A DNA stretch of 64,000 bases from Sminthopsis crassicaudata (GCF_048593235.1 NC_133618.1:471579294-471643293), one strand, 5' to 3'; counted from the first letter of the stretch, positions 21,901 through 36,339 are shown. Numbers and translations: made by a program. Notes: a model not told the origin generated them from the letters alone.

Positions 21901-24286
21901 GAATTCCTCATCAGTCTGAAAGAATGAAACAATTGCACAGAATGGGTGTCCTTTTTTCAGAGAAAGATAATTGGGGGGATGACCCATCTCCCCTGAACCC
22001 CCTGGCCAATACTGGCTGCATCTTCCCTCATTCTTCCCAACTCATTGGCTGGGGCACAGGAGTTGGAATACTTTTGACGCCCCAGTTTTTTTCTCTATTT
22101 TTCTTCCCATGTTATGGGCCAGCACTCTGAAACAAGGATTCTTAGAAGATGTTAAGGCAGTGGAATTGATGAGTCAATGGTTGTCTAGTTTAGCATGGTG
22201 ATTAATAGTTCTCCAAGTTCAGCATGATTGATTTAATCTTATAACAAATAATGGTTTCTTAGTGATATAATAATTGGTTTATACTCAGTGCAGAGAATAT
22301 AAGCTGAGCCAAACTTAGCCAAAGGAGGCAGAGACAGATTCGTTCCATTATTCAAGTTTGTATTGGCTGGAGGCTGAAGCACAAAAACTTGGGAGTCAGA
22401 CTCACTTCATCTCACATCACCTTAGTAGCCTATATTCCTGCATTTCCTCCACTGGGACCAAGCTAGCATGGCCCCAGGCAAAGAGACAATAAAGATTTTG
22501 GACTTTAAAACCTGGCTATTCTTTTGGTAAATACCAAAATACTCTACTGAAAAGAAGGCTGCTTGAAGACCTCCAAGACATGGGAAAGAGAACACTACAT
22601 TCTTCCTCCATTGGGGAACTTCTCTTCCTTTGAGGCTGCTGCTATTCACAGCTACCATCCACTGAAAATGCTGGTAATTTTTTTATGTACAAACTATACC
22701 TCTAAATCATTCTGCTTCATTCTGTGATCAGTTTGATACCTGGCTTACAGTTTGACTCCCCTCTACAACTGCTGCCCCAACTAAGGGACTTCTATGTCCT
22801 TATGGAGGTTTCCTCCAGTTCCTTAATCACTCACTTCCTCCACCTCCTCCCCTTTTATGAGGTGCTCCTCCATTGATATCAGTCTCACACTAAGATGATC
22901 ATATCCTCAGTTTTGCCATCTCCCACCCCTGAGCCCTTTTATGTTTCAGAATTCTTAAAACCAATTATACAACCATCATCCAAAGTCTTCTGTCCTGTCC
23001 TTCTGGGTTCTCTTACATAACCCTATTCTTCATCCTTAGCATGACCTCCAATCCTTTAACACCTCAGTTCTCTTCCAGGTTACCTTCTCTGGGGGCCTTC
23101 CCCATTACAGTGGAAGTTTTTGAAGGCAGGGCCTATCTTATTGTCTCTTTGTTACCCTAGGTAATTTAGTGAGCTAAAAGCACACTGCCTGGCACATAAT
23201 AGATGCGTGATAAAAATGTATTGAATTAATGAATTTATCACACTTACCTTGTCCCCAAAAGCATTCATTTCTAGGTAGTAACTCTGATTCCCCACATTAT
23301 ACTGGTGATTGTGCTCCTTAATCAACTTCAAGTTCTGCTCCCATATTTTTCTCCTAAAAGGATCCTCTTCCTATGAGAAAATTGAGAACCAAAGAGGTAA
23401 TGGTAATAGAGAGATGGCCATGAGTTCTCTGCCTTAGAGTTGCAAGTTTACTGTCATATTTCCATGACTTTCAAAGCATGGGTATTTACCACTGGGAACA
23501 TAAATTGTCTCTTCAACAACAAGTTAAAATTTAGTCACTTTCCATTTCCTTCCCTTTCCTGCAATATACAATTCTGTGATGTGGAATTAGCTACCTTAAA
23601 TGAGGAAGTACCTCAGGGGTTGATTTAATCCAATCCATACCTAAATAGTCTTCTCTAAAATCTTTTTTTACCTCTGGATGGTACTCGATCGATCCATTTA
23701 ATACATTCAAGCCACTTTGCAATAACATCCATTGCTAGGTAATTTCTCCTTATTATGATCTCAGATCTATTCATTCCAAGCAGTTTTCTAAAGTTTACAT
23801 TGTAGAAAAAAGTAACTAAGCTGAATAAACTTTATTGCCTTCCTATAAGTGCATGTACTAGAAGTCACCCATGGTAGTTATAACTGTAATTCTTTTGACT
23901 TTCAGTTTCCAAGTAACTTCAACTAAACAGCATTTGTTAGTGTTTCAATTTTCTCATCTTTGTTGTAGCCATCTCATGGCCAAATTTCCTTTTTGTCCAG
24001 GTGATTTCTCCTATTGGTTGCCAAAAAACTGAACTCAGTGCTGCAAAGAGAGGTCTCAGTAGGGTAGAGTTCAGAGGAACTATCCCCTCCCTTGGATCTT
24101 TGAGGTATGCACATTTCCATGTATTACATACAGATTCTCACAAAATAGATGAACACTTACCTTAGTATAATTCCTCCCATAGGTGGACTTAAACAGTTCC
24201 CATTCTGTGTCCAGCTTTGTGTTTCTTGTTGGAAGACAATATGAAAGTCCCAAGAAAAGGGAAACAAGACAAAAGAATAGTCTCAT
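18901..24286 (-). CDS. Cathepsin L/S/K-like papain-family (C1A) preproprotease, copy A, 353 aa, 7 coding exons
   Basis: Exons 24286-24161, 23370-23248, 21915-21766, 21399-21184, 20164-19999, 19641-19461, 19000-18901; all GT-AG, 1062 nt, open frame. Signal peptide [17 protein letters not shown]; ERFNIN-type [21 protein letters not shown]; MNAFGD; mature start IPRSVDWR; [11 protein letters not shown]; [11 protein letters not shown]; YWIIKNSFG; NHCGIA. Confidence 0.95.
19725..19890 (+). mobile_element. MIR fragment in intron 5
   Basis: ggtcaagtcactt...gcctaagttccctc...aatatgggaatgata...gagagcacttagcata. Confidence 0.6.
20304..20492 (-). mobile_element. Short L1 3' tail in intron 4, same orientation as the gene
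   Basis: Shares gacagtacatatgcatgggtaatt with the larger L1; TSD tgggcttKctttctt at 20289-20303 and 20493-20507 (1 mismatch). Confidence 0.85.
22128..22416. mobile_element. LTR-like element at the unit junction in intron 2 (also 34181-34469, 46453-46741, 58506-58794)
   Basis: tgaaac...ctcaca, 289 bp, internal tataag; no TSD found; its right end is exactly the unit boundary. Confidence 0.45.
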
Positions 24287-24373
24287 GGTGGCTATCTTTG
24301 GTGCTAACAGAATGTTCAGAGACTCTTCTGACTGCTGCAGCCTATTTCAAAAACATTCAACATTTGTTTTATA
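24287..24373 (-). promoter_or_regulatory. TATA box and Kozak context, copy A (also TATA at 36421-36426, 48693-48698, 60746-60751)
   Basis: Same TATAAA and GCCACC-ATG in every unit. Confidence 0.55.
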
Positions 24374-26375
24374 CAAGTGTCTTACCTTACCTGGACAATA
24401 TATCAAAAACTCTTTCCTTCTTCCCACTCCTCTCCAATATCTTTGGATAATTAAGTCAGTGATAAGGAGACTAATGTTTTATTCACTTGTAGGTCAAAGA
24501 AGTTGAGAGTAAATTTAGAGTGAACACTAGATATGATGGATATTGAGGATATGTTTGTAGTTGTTGCCTATAAATGTGTGGTCACTTTTCCTCTCTTTCC
24601 CCACTCTTTTTTCCTCTTTAGGCTTAGTATGTCTGCTATATTCGTAGACATTTACTCATAATTTTACAGACCTTTCTGCATACTATAGTCTCTTATTAGT
24701 AAACTTTTTTCATTGAGTAATATAACGGATGAAAACTAAAAGCTTAGAACCCTGTGAAATTCTTTCCCAAATACATGCCTGATTTTTTTCTGCTCTGCAT
24801 TTTGACTCATGTCCCCATACATGAGCCTCACTGGAAAGAGAAGATCCCAAACTTTCCTTAACTCACCTGTAGAAGAAGATGCAGTCACAATGGAAAAGAG
24901 AGAATGGTTTTTCAGCAATGTTGAGAAGTCTGCTTTTCTCTCTGCACAAAACTGTGAGTTTAGCTCCTTGTGTTTTCCTGATCCAGTATTTATATGTGAT
25001 TTTTCTTCCCTAACCTGCCTGAAGGCTGTGTATCCTATCTTAAGATCTCGCTTGCTCTTGGTTTAATACTTGAGGCATTAGGAAGAAGTTGGGGAGAAAA
25101 ATCAAACTTGCTTATCTTTGCCAAGCCTCAAGACATTTTAGATAAAATTACTGATTTGATTATTGAGGGCAATTATGAAAATTTATAGGTAAATGGCCTA
25201 GGAAATCCAAAGAGAACCGGAGGTATAAACTCCTCTTGGAATCCAGGTCATGGAGGTAACTTTAAAAGTGCTTCTGTCCCAGAAGTTTGCATGCTTAGCT
25301 ATGGACCCCCTAAGCAGTGACTGCCATGATTTCCCTCTTCTCCATTGATTCATTTCAGTGCATGACTGAGAATTATACCCCTTTCTTTTGTGACAGACCA
25401 AGTGTAGTGGCTTTTATCTTAGGGATATTAGAAGGCCAGGAATGGAAACAAAGATCTTCTGATTTCAGAAGGATCCCCATCCAGGGCAGGTAACCGTCAT
25501 TTGGAGGTTCTTAGCCACTTTGAGTAATCCCTTTCATAAGAAAGATGCAATGGTATCCACATATGAAACTTGGTCTGTAGTAATTTCATTTCTTTCTTTG
25601 CTTTGCTATCACTGTTGTGAGAATGAGAAGCTGATGGAAATGCTAAGTATCTAAGTACATGAATGGTCTTTAAGGCCAGTTGGTCAGAGTTGAAAATGGC
25701 CCCTGTAGGGCTTGTGTGAGTTTCTTTTTAGGCAGTTGTCCACAGGGAACAGAATTACAGAATGGGGTTTCCCAACCATCCAGGTAGAGGGGCTTTGACA
25801 TGTGGCATATATAATGCAGCGTCCCATTCAGTGAGGTGAAGGAAATTTGGTTCCTGCTAAACATTGCAAAATGAGGGTCCCCAGCAAGTTGAAGAGTATC
25901 CTCACCATGTGGGAGATAACCTGTGCTTCCTTCTATAAATGCCCATTACAGACTACCTCCTTTGAACAGTTTCCTGATATTGTTTGATTCCCTCTGCTTT
26001 CCCAGCAATAAAGGCACTTCTTTTGAGAAATGAGTCCAGGCTCCTGGTAATATTTATAGAACAAACACACTTGGCATCTCTTTGCAAGGGCTGTGAAATG
26101 CTCTTTTGCATTTGAAAACTCTTGTTGCACCAGTTATAATGGGAGAGGTTGAAAATATCAATCCAGTGTCAGTCAAGATATAGGAATATCCAGTTGTAAT
26201 GATTATGGGATTGTATTAACTTTCTGTGAGTAAGGCAGTGATGCCTGCTGAAACAGCTCAATCATTATCACCCTAAGCCATGATCTCCCACCTCCCAGAA
26301 GTTGCTTGTATTATAAATTTGCAGCAACATAGGAGGGGAGAAGGATGCTTGCAGAGAGTTTTGCATCTAGTTTCT

Positions 26376-27387
26376 TCTTTTTAAAAAAAATTAATTTAAT
26401 TTATTTATTTTTGACAGTACATATGCATGGGTAATTTTTTTTTTTTTTTACAACATTAACCCTTGTATTTACTTTTCCAAATTTTCCCGTCCCTTCCTCT
26501 ACTCCCTCCCCTAGATGACAGGCAATCCCATACATGTTAAATATGTTACAGTATGTCCTAGATACAATATATGTGTGTAAAAATAAATTTCTTGTTGCAC
26601 GATAAGAATTGGATTCCAAAGGTATAAGTAACCTGGGTAGAAAGACAATAGTGCAAACAGTTTACACTCAATTCCCAGTGTTCCTTCTCTGGGTGTAGCT
26701 GTTTCTGTCCATCATTGATCAACTGGAACTGAATTAGATCTTCTCTATGTTGAAGATACCCACTTCCCTTAGAATATATCTTCATACAATATCCTTGTTG
26801 AAGTGTATAGTGATCTCCTGGTTCTGCTCATTTTACACAGCATCAATGTAAGTCTCTGCAGGCCTCTCTGTATTCCTCCTGCTGGTCATTTCTTACAGAA
26901 CAATAATATTCCATAACGTTCATATACCATAATTTACCCAACCATTCTCCAATTGATGGGCATCCATTCATTTTCCAGTTACTATCCACTACAAAAAGGG
27001 CTGCCACAAACATTTTGGCACACACAGGTCCCTTTCCCTTCTTTAGTATTTCTTTAGTATATAAGCCCAGTAGTAGCACTGCTGGATCAAAGGGTATGCA
27101 CAGTTTGATAACTTTTTGGGCAGAGTTCCAAATTGCTCTCCACAATGGCCGGATTCTTTCACAACTCCACCAACAATGCATTAGTGTCCCAGTTTTCCCA
27201 CATCCCCTCAACATTCATCATTATTTGTTCCTGTCATCTTAGCCAATCTGACAGGTGTGTAGTGGTATCTCAGAGTTGTCTTAATTCGCATTTCTCTTGA
27301 TTAGTAGTGATTTGGAACACTTTTCATATGAGTGGAAATAGTTGCAATTTTATCATCTGAAAATTGTCTGTTCATATCCTTTGACCA
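26376..27387 (-). mobile_element. Same L1 fragment, unit 2
   Basis: ORF 26843..27214 and the same TSD. Confidence 0.95.
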
Positions 27388-30300
27388 TGCATCTAGTTTC
27401 TAAGAAACCTTACCTGAAAATGTCAGACTGCTTTTGGACAAAGTTCTGCCGGACAAGTTCACTTTCTGTATTCCAACCCTGCAAGAAAGTAGCAAGACTC
27501 TCAAAGTCCCCACTCCCCTCTGCCTACAGGAATTCATACCCTAGAGAAATGGTTCTGGTTACTTACAATGAGCCCTTTTCCTTTCACCTGGGATATTTTT
27601 ACAGCTCCTCAGAAAGAGTTCTTGTGGACACAGTGGAGAGAGCAGTGGTCAGGGAGATCTGAGTTTTCATCTGGCCTCAGAAACACACTGTGTCTCTGAT
27701 CTTGGGCAAGTCACTTAATGATTGCCTCAGTTTGTGAGAGAAGAGTATTTAGTTTACTGTGCACTCTAGATTGTGGAAACCAAAATTCAAGGTTTCCAGA
27801 TAAGGTCATGGAGAAATCACAGGGACAAAATTCCTACAAAAACTTTTAAGAGATGAATGTTGGCAATCTTTCAGTAATAAAATTATGAAGACAGAACCAG
27901 TAACAATTCTGCTGAGGAAGGAGACCTATCTTTAAAAGTCCAATGTAGGAGCAGCTACATAATATAATGGATAGAGTGCTGGCCCTGTCCTTAGGAGGAC
28001 CTGCTTTCAAATTCAGCCTCAGATTCTTAATATTTTCTAGCTGTGTGACCCTGGGCAAGTCACTTAACACCACTTGCCTCAGGGAAAAAAAAAACAAACC
28101 AAAAAAAAGTGTGAATGTGAAGGAACTCTACAGGCAATTTATATTTTTGAAAATTAATGCATAAAATATTGAAGAAAAGAGATAAATGAAGAGAAATACA
28201 AGTGAATACTGGTCTGTGAGATGTGTTTTGGGAACACTCAGAATATTAAGGACAATAAAAATGGTTGAATAAGGTGTGGTCTCACAGCTTCATGGGGATT
28301 CCCTTAATAATAATGGATAGAAAGCAGAATTACTAAGCTCTCTCTTTTTTTTTTTTTTTTTTTAATGAGAAGAAAAAGATGTATGAGTGGACAGAACAGA
28401 AGGCCTCAAGATTCTGGTCTATGCTTGAGAATCAGTCAAAAACTGGGTTCATTCTCAAATGACACAGAAGGGGCAGACTCTCAAGGTACAAGAGCTGGGC
28501 ATACACTGGCATGGGATGAGAATGGAGAAGCCTTCCCATGCCTATGGATTGTTGTTAGCAACACGTAAGTAGCATGGGCCCTGAGAAGTGCTGTGGGCCA
28601 TTGCTTTGGGTCTCCTATGTAGACTGTTGTGGTGGGGGAGATGCTCTGAATTGTGCACCCTGGGCTTTAGTTCATTAACATATCCATATCACCTCAACAA
28701 CAACTTTGGGTGTCTGGAGCTCATGGGAGGCTCAGAAACCATCCACAATTCTCAGGCTCCAAAGCTTAGACTCAGTCTAACTGTCTTCTCTGGGTTTAGT
28801 TCATGTCTCAGGGGCTGTTTTTAGACAATTATGAGACAGTTAGTTAGTATATTTTATCATGTTCTTTTGATATATGGGGCAGCCTATCATGACTTCCAGG
28901 TTCCCCTTTGCAATCTTACTTCCTGCTTTTGTGTACTGCCCCCTTATAAATTAATTATTCTAACTAGAAGTGTGAGGAGAATGTTCAAAGGGACTGAAAC
29001 AAAATACAATTTTTTTTTTTTAATGGCTGGATGGCAGTTTATTAAAAAGAGATCTTGCACTTGGAGTTGTTCAACATTCATCATTCATGTGAAATCACAG
29101 ACAATCAGCTTATTAAATCTTGTTAGAAGATGAGCCTTGAACTCAGGAAGACACATGTTACCTGTTTAACTCTGGGCAAGTGACTAAAACTCTCAGTAGC
29201 TCTAAATTTCTTTTTTTTTTTTTTTATTAATAGTTTTTATTTACCAGATATATGCATGGGTAATTTTACAACATTGACAAATGCCAAACCTTTTGGTCTA
29301 CAAAATACAATTTTAATGTAGCTGTGATCTAACTGGAATCCTTTTTAATGCTGGGGCAGGAGTTTTGCCATTTCTTTCTTAACCTTATCATATATTGGAT
29401 GCATTATCTTTCTTTTTTTCCTGGACTTGAGAATTCAGGAAAGTGTGAAGCACCTGGTGAGGAACTCCCTCTACTAATTGAGTGATATCTCAGTCACTTA
29501 GGTAGAGAGAGTAGTCTGAGGCAGGTGACTTGCCCTGTGGGCCTAGAAGTCCACACAAACACATTTGCCAGGAGGAAGCCTTGATTCAAAGTTGCCCAGA
29601 GGAAACTTCTGTCAGTTGCAACATGCTGCTTCCTATAGGACAATGGCTGTTAATCATGATATTTCCCAAGAGCACTAATTGTGGTAAAACTGATAGGAGG
29701 AAACATTCCAACTTAATTTTATGTAGGATGCTCATTATTTTAGTCAGTTTTTAGTGTGGATCCAGTTGGAGTGGTATTTCAAGAGAAATGTAAGATCTTT
29801 ATAGCTCAAGAGTACATGCCTACCTCTCTAAATTGGACTTTTCTCATTTAGCTATTTAGTACAGAGGCAGAGATGACATTTGTTTATAAACCTAGTGGAA
29901 ACTTACTGAAATGACATCAGAGTTGTAGCACTACTTTTCTTTTTAAACCAATTAAAGCTTTTCTTTTTAAACCAATTATCTGTCTGTCACCAAGCACATA
30001 CTAGATGCTAAATAAATATCAAATGATCTGTGTGGACTCATGATTATTATAAGAAAGGATTAAAAATATTATGCAGACTTTACTATTACTTAATTTGCTA
30101 TAGTGATGAGAGAAACAGATTCTTGTAATGTGGTAAATGTCATTTGTGTGAGAGAGACTGAGGTGCAAATCAGTGGCAAAAGAAATATTGTCTTCTTGGA
30201 GGAGACTAGGAAGCAGGGACCTGAAAGAAAGTGGCTGGTTGACATATAGAGGATAGCTGGTACTTGCATGTGGGTAATACCCAATTATGGAATACGAATC

Positions 30301-30953
30301 TTCCTTTCTTCAAACAAAGTTGTATTGGAGTACTGTTAATCAGTTCAGATCCCAGTAATGCTAATCTTCTGGCTTCCATTTAGTAACACTGAGAATGTTG
30401 TGGTCATCTCTTGGCTAAGATACTCTAATAAACAATGAAGCTCAGTATATCTATACTGCTTTCTCATTCAGAAAAATTTTCAGGATTTTCATATGCTGGA
30501 TATCAAGCCTTCTAGCTGGAACTCAGGGAAAAAAGAAAACCCCCATTGCTGTTAAAATAATATGTTGTAGGGACAGCTGAGTCGTATAGTAGTTGATGCA
30601 CTGGCTCTGGAGTGAAAAGGACCTGAGTTCAAATGTAGCCTTAGACACTTAATACTTCCTAGTTGTGTGACCCTGGGCTACTCACTTAACCCCAATCACC
30701 TCACCCCAAAAATAGAACAAAAAAATAAAAAATAAAATATTTGCTTTATTACACAGAATGCTAGCATAGCTCATATCTGGATCCACATTGGTAGCAAACC
30801 AAGAAGAAGCAGGTGTGAAAGTCTTTTGTTAGGCTGACAAAACTTGGTCTCAGATCTTGGAGTCTTATCTCACTGCTGCTGACTGCTAACAGAAGAGGAT
30901 TTCTTCTTCTATGGGCCCAGAACACAGATCCAGGGAACGATCTCTCCATCCGC

Positions 30954-33900
30954 TTACAGAAGAGGATAGACGGAATCAGAAGCAATACCACAGTGGTTGT
31001 TCCCGGTCCTTGCAATACGCATGTAGCCATTTTCACCCCAGGCCTCACCAAAGCTGAAAGCAAAGAGAACTGAATTATTACCTGGGCAGCTATTAAGAGA
31101 ATCCACCTTGCAAATGAAAGTGTATGTTTTGTACTTTGTCTTCATTTCTGAGAGTATAATGACAGTGAGCCTAAGGCATCCACAGAAAAAACAGGATTTG
31201 GATATCCTGAGCCACATGGCTATTGGAATATTGGCTCAATCCCCAAATGCAACTGAGGTAGGTGAAAGAGGAATTTGTTGTCAAGGCTCAGAAGGAATCA
31301 ATGCCAGATTGTGAAACACAGCAAGTGGTAAAAAGCCGGCTCTGTTAAAGAGCTAAGACACTCTGCTTTTCATGGACCAAGTGGAGAAAACAAATCCCAG
31401 TGGATGTCCAGGTTCTTAAATCTAGGTAAACTCCACTGAATACAAGAGTCCTCAAAGCTCTTCCCTCCTTCACAAGGCAGTTCTACAGCTTTGTCATGTT
31501 CCTCCTTCCATACCTATTTTTAATAATCCAATATTTCCTGCCTCCAAATTGGCCTTGGCCATTTAACTTATCTAAAATACAATAGTTTTCTTCTGATTGA
31601 ATAAACTTATTAATGGATTCTTCTTCTCCATATCCAACCAACACGACAGCATGGTTCAAATAATTCGGGTCACAACGTGGTTCAGTGAAGAGTCCTAGAG
31701 AAGGAAAGAAAAGAGCACTTTGGGTGAGTTTGGTGGCTTATTGGAAAGGGGACAGGGCTTGTGTTAGGAGGTCCTAAGTGCAAAGAGATCCTTCCTAGCT
31801 GTGAGATGTTGGTCAAGTCACTTGTTTCTGTTTGCCTAAGTTCCCTCTTTTTAATATGGGAATGATACTAGTATTCATCTTCCTGAGATTTTGGAAGAAT
31901 GAAATGGAAGATAATTCTTATAGAGAGCACTTAGCATAGCCCCTGAGATCCATTCAACCTTGTATTATTTATTTAGCTCAATCTTCCACAGTTGAGCCTT
32001 TTCTTTTTGGACACCATATCTGACTGACACCAAGTCTGTCTGATGGCTCACCTCCTCGATAGAAACGGAAGGAGTATGTGGCATGCATCGCCACGGACAA
32101 TGGCCCCACGGTTGCCACAGCTTCCATCAGGGCTTTTTCATCTCCAGGGGGGAGCTTTTTATAACCTCTCATTGTAAGATGTGGACATCTAGATGTGGAG
32201 TAGCACCACTCATTTTTCTGAAAGAGATAATCACATGGAGGAAGTCAGCAAAGGTTGGGGATGAACAGATGAACATCATTTCCAGGAATCTGAGGAAAGC
32301 TCAAGTATCTAATGACATTTTTACAGAGAGATGGACCCAGCTGGGCTTTCTTTCTTTCTTTTTTTTTTTTTTAATTTTTATTTTATTTTATAATTATAAC
32401 ATTTTTTTGACAGTACATATGCATGGGTAATTTTTTACAACATTATCCCTTACACTTACTTCTATTCAGATTTTTTCCCTTCCTTCCCCAACCCCCTCCC
32501 CCAGATGGCAAGCAGTCTTATATATGTTAAATATATTACAGTATATGGGCTTGCTTTCTTAACCAGCAGGTTTGTGTCTCGATAGGGGGCCCTGGAAGAT
32601 GTGGCATCCAACCCTTGGTGTGCAAAGGGTAAAAGCGTAAAGGTTGCCATTCTTTCAGAGTGGTGAGGACTTCCACCACATGCTGAGCCCTCCCATAATA
32701 CAGAGGAGGAGAAGAGATCTCAAACCCCACTTTTATTCACACTAGAAGCTTGCCAAGTCAGCAGACAGCATGGAAGCCTAAGGGTTTCTGGCTGTTGTAC
32801 CCTTGGGGAAAAGGCATTTTAAGGCAATCCATATATTAGAGGGACTTCCAAATGCCTGGTTTGTTCACTGCAAACTTGCATGCATTTTATGAAAAAGAAA
32901 GGCATAGTCACTGTCTTAGTCAAATTTTCTGCTGGTTTCTCTGATGGTTGTTGCCATTGTTGCCGTTAGGTGCTACATGAACATGCTTAAATTATAGAAA
33001 ATGTCCCTTCCTTCAGTGCAGCTCCCTTGCTCATTGGGACATCAGCTCTCCGAGGTCATGGTCCTCTTGGACATGGAAGGACAAACAAGCTCATCCCTTC
33101 CACAAACCTTTTCTTGGTTTCAGGAGCAAGTGGTTTCCCTTGGCCTTATGCCCAAGGAGCCAGCTGGATTTGCCTTTACCCAGCCTTGACCAGAGGGGCC
33201 AGCCCCGTGTCCAGGACAGAAGGTTTCCTCATGTACCTGGTTCTGGTATGGGTAGCAGAACTCAGTGGTAAGGCCTCCCTGTTCTATGAGGTAATCGTAG
33301 GCCGCGGTGACGAATCCCCCAACACAGCTACTTCCTGCTGTACAGTCTACTAGCTGCTGTTTGCTCAGTTGCACATTTTTGCCTGTTGTGCGGAAGAGCT
33401 GGCCTTCCAGAGCTCCAGCTGCTGAGAAGGCCCAGCAGGAGCCACAGGTACCCTGAAAGAAGAGATAGCATTCACTGAGCCTTGTGCTTAAGCTCCTGAG
33501 GGGCTCAGTGAGTGCAAGCCTCTGACCATGACAGGAGAGGTCTCCATTGGTTGCTAGACAAAAGAATCAGGGAGAAGCACTTAACATTCTGGTAAGAGTT
33601 CTGGTTTTCTGTCCCCTGAGAAGGACTTTGGGACTTCTGCTCCATGGCTCATCACTTAGTGGGAAGGAGACATGGCCAGGATCGGGGCCCGTGCCAAGTC
33701 CCTTGAAGTCTCCCTATTTTCTGGCCCAGTTTCTTGCAGGTTTAAAGGTGGCAGCTCTGAATGGAAATATGCTCAATAAAGCAGAGTTCAAGAAGAAACC
33801 CTGGAAGGGGGGAAATACCTGTTGTACCACGGGTGTTAAAAAGCCACGCTTCCTCCAGTCTACTGATCTGGGAATGTCACCTAAAGGTGAGTTACAGTGG

Positions 33901-36339
33901 GTTTTGCCATTTTTTCCTGTCCTCGGTGTCATGGGCCGGCTCATCATGAGGTTGAATTCCTCATCAGTCTGAAAGAATGAAACAATTGCACAGAATGGGT
34001 GTCCTTTTTTCAGAGAAAGATAATTGGGGGGATGACCCATCTCCCCTGAACCCCCTGGCCAATACTGGCTGCATCTTCCCTCATTCTTCCCAACTCATTG
34101 GCTGGGGCACAGGAGTTGGAATACTTTTGACGCCCCAGTTTTTTTCTCTATTTTTCTTCCCATGTTATGGGCCAGCACTCTGAAACAAGGATTCTTAGAA
34201 GATGTTAAGGCAGTGGAATTGATGAGTCAATGGTTGTCTAGTTTAGCATGGTGATTAATAGTTCTCCAAGTTCAGCATGATTGATTTAATCTTATAACAA
34301 ATAATGGTTTCTTAGTGATATAATAATTGGTTTATACTCAGTGCAGAGAATATAAGCTGAGCCAAACTTAGCCAAAGGAGGCAGAGACAGATTCGTTCCA
34401 TTATTCAAGTTTGTATTGGCTGGAGGCTGAAGCACAAAAACTTGGGAGTCAGACTCACTTCATCTCACATCACCTTAGTAGCCTATATTCCTGCATTTCC
34501 TCCACTGGGACCAAGCTAGCATGGCCCCAGGCAAAGAGACAATAAAGATTTTGGACTTTAAAACCTGGCTATTCTTTTGGTAAATACCAAAATACTCTAC
34601 TGAAAAGAAGGCTGCTTGAAGACCTCCAAGACATGGGAAAGAGAACACTACATTCTTCCTCCATTGGGGAACTTCTCTTCCTTTGAGGCTGCTGCTATTC
34701 ACAGCTACCATCCACTGAAAATGCTGGTAATTTTTTTATGTACAAACTATACCTCTAAATCATTCTGCTTCATTCTGTGATCAGTTTGATACCTGGCTTA
34801 CAGTTTGACTCCCCTCTACAACTGCTGCCCCAACTAAGGGACTTCTATGTCCTTATGGAGGTTTCCTCCAATTCCTTAATCACTCACTTCCTCCACCTCC
34901 TCCCCTTTTATGAGGTGCTCCTCCATTGATATCAGTCTCACACTAAGATGATCATATCCTCAGTTTTGCCATCTCCCACCCCTGAGCCCTTTTATGTTTC
35001 AGAATTCTTAAAACCAATTATACAACCATCATCCAAAGTCTTCTGTCCTGTCCTTCTGGGTTCTCTTACATAACCCTATTCTTCATCCTTAGCATGACCT
35101 CCAATCCTTTAACACCTCAGTTCTCTTCCAGGTTACCTTCTCTGGGGGCCTTCCCCATTACAGTGGAAGTTTTTGAAGGCAGGGCCTATCTTATTGTCTC
35201 TTTGTTACCCTAGGTAATTTAGTGAGCTAAAAGCACACTGCCTGGCACATAATAGATGCGTGATAAAAATGTATTGAATTAATGAATTTATCACACTTAC
35301 CTTGTCCCCAAAAGCATTCATTTCTAGGTAGTAACTCTGATTCCCCACATTATACTGGTGATTGTGCTCCTTAATCAACTTCAAGTTCTGCTCCCATATT
35401 TTTCTCCTAAAAGGATCCTCTTCCTATGAGAAAATTGAGAACCAAAGAGGTAATGGTAATAGAGAGATGGCCATGAGTTCTCTGCCTTAGAGTTGCAAGT
35501 TTACTGTCATATTTCCATGACTTTCAAAGCATGGGTATTTACCACTGGGAACATAAATTGTCTCTTCAACAACAAGTTAAAATTTAGTCACTTTCCATTT
35601 CCTTCCCTTTCCTGCAATATACAATTCTGTGATGTGGAATTAGCTACCTTAAATGAGGAAGTACCTCAGGGGTTGATTTAATCCAATCCATACCTAAATA
35701 GTCTTCTCTAAAATCTTTTTTTACCTCTGGATGGTACTCGATCGATCCATTTAATACATTCAAGCCACTTTGCAATAACATCCATTGCTAGGTAATTTCT
35801 CCTTATTATGATCTCAGATCTATTCATTCCAAGCAGTTTTCTAAAGTTTACATTGTAGAAAAAAGTAACTAAGCTGAATAAACTTTATTGCCTTCCTATA
35901 AGTGCATGTACTAGAAGTCACCCATGGTAGTTATAACTGTAATTCTTTTGACTTTCAGTTTCCAAGTAACTTCAACTAAACAGCATTTGTTAGTGTTTCA
36001 ATTTTCTCATCTTTGTTGTAGCCATCTCATGGCCAAATTTCCTTTTTGTCCAGGTGATTTCTCCTATTGGTTGCCAAAAAACTGAACTCAGTGCTGCAAA
36101 GAGAGGTCTCAGTAGGGTAGAGTTCAGAGGAACTATCCCCTCCCTTGGATCTTTGAGGTATGCACATTTCCATGTATTACATACAGATTCTCACAAAATA
36201 GATGAACACTTACCTTAGTATAATTCCTCCCATAGGTGGACTTAAACAGTTCCCATTCTGTGTCCAGCTTTGTGTTTCTTGTTGGAAGACAATATGAAAG
36301 TCCCAAGAAAAGGGAAACAAGACAAAAGAATAGTCTCAT
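30954..36339 (-). CDS. Cathepsin L/S/K-like preproprotease, copy B
   Basis: Exons 36339-36214, 35423-35301, 33968-33819, 33452-33237, 32217-32052, 31694-31514, 31053-30954; no coding difference from copy A seen. Confidence 0.95.

Noticed and set aside
21494-21919. 141-aa + strand ORF recurring in each unit
   Set aside because: Antisense to cathepsin exon 3; it recurs only because the unit is duplicated. The same applies to the other short recurring ORFs.
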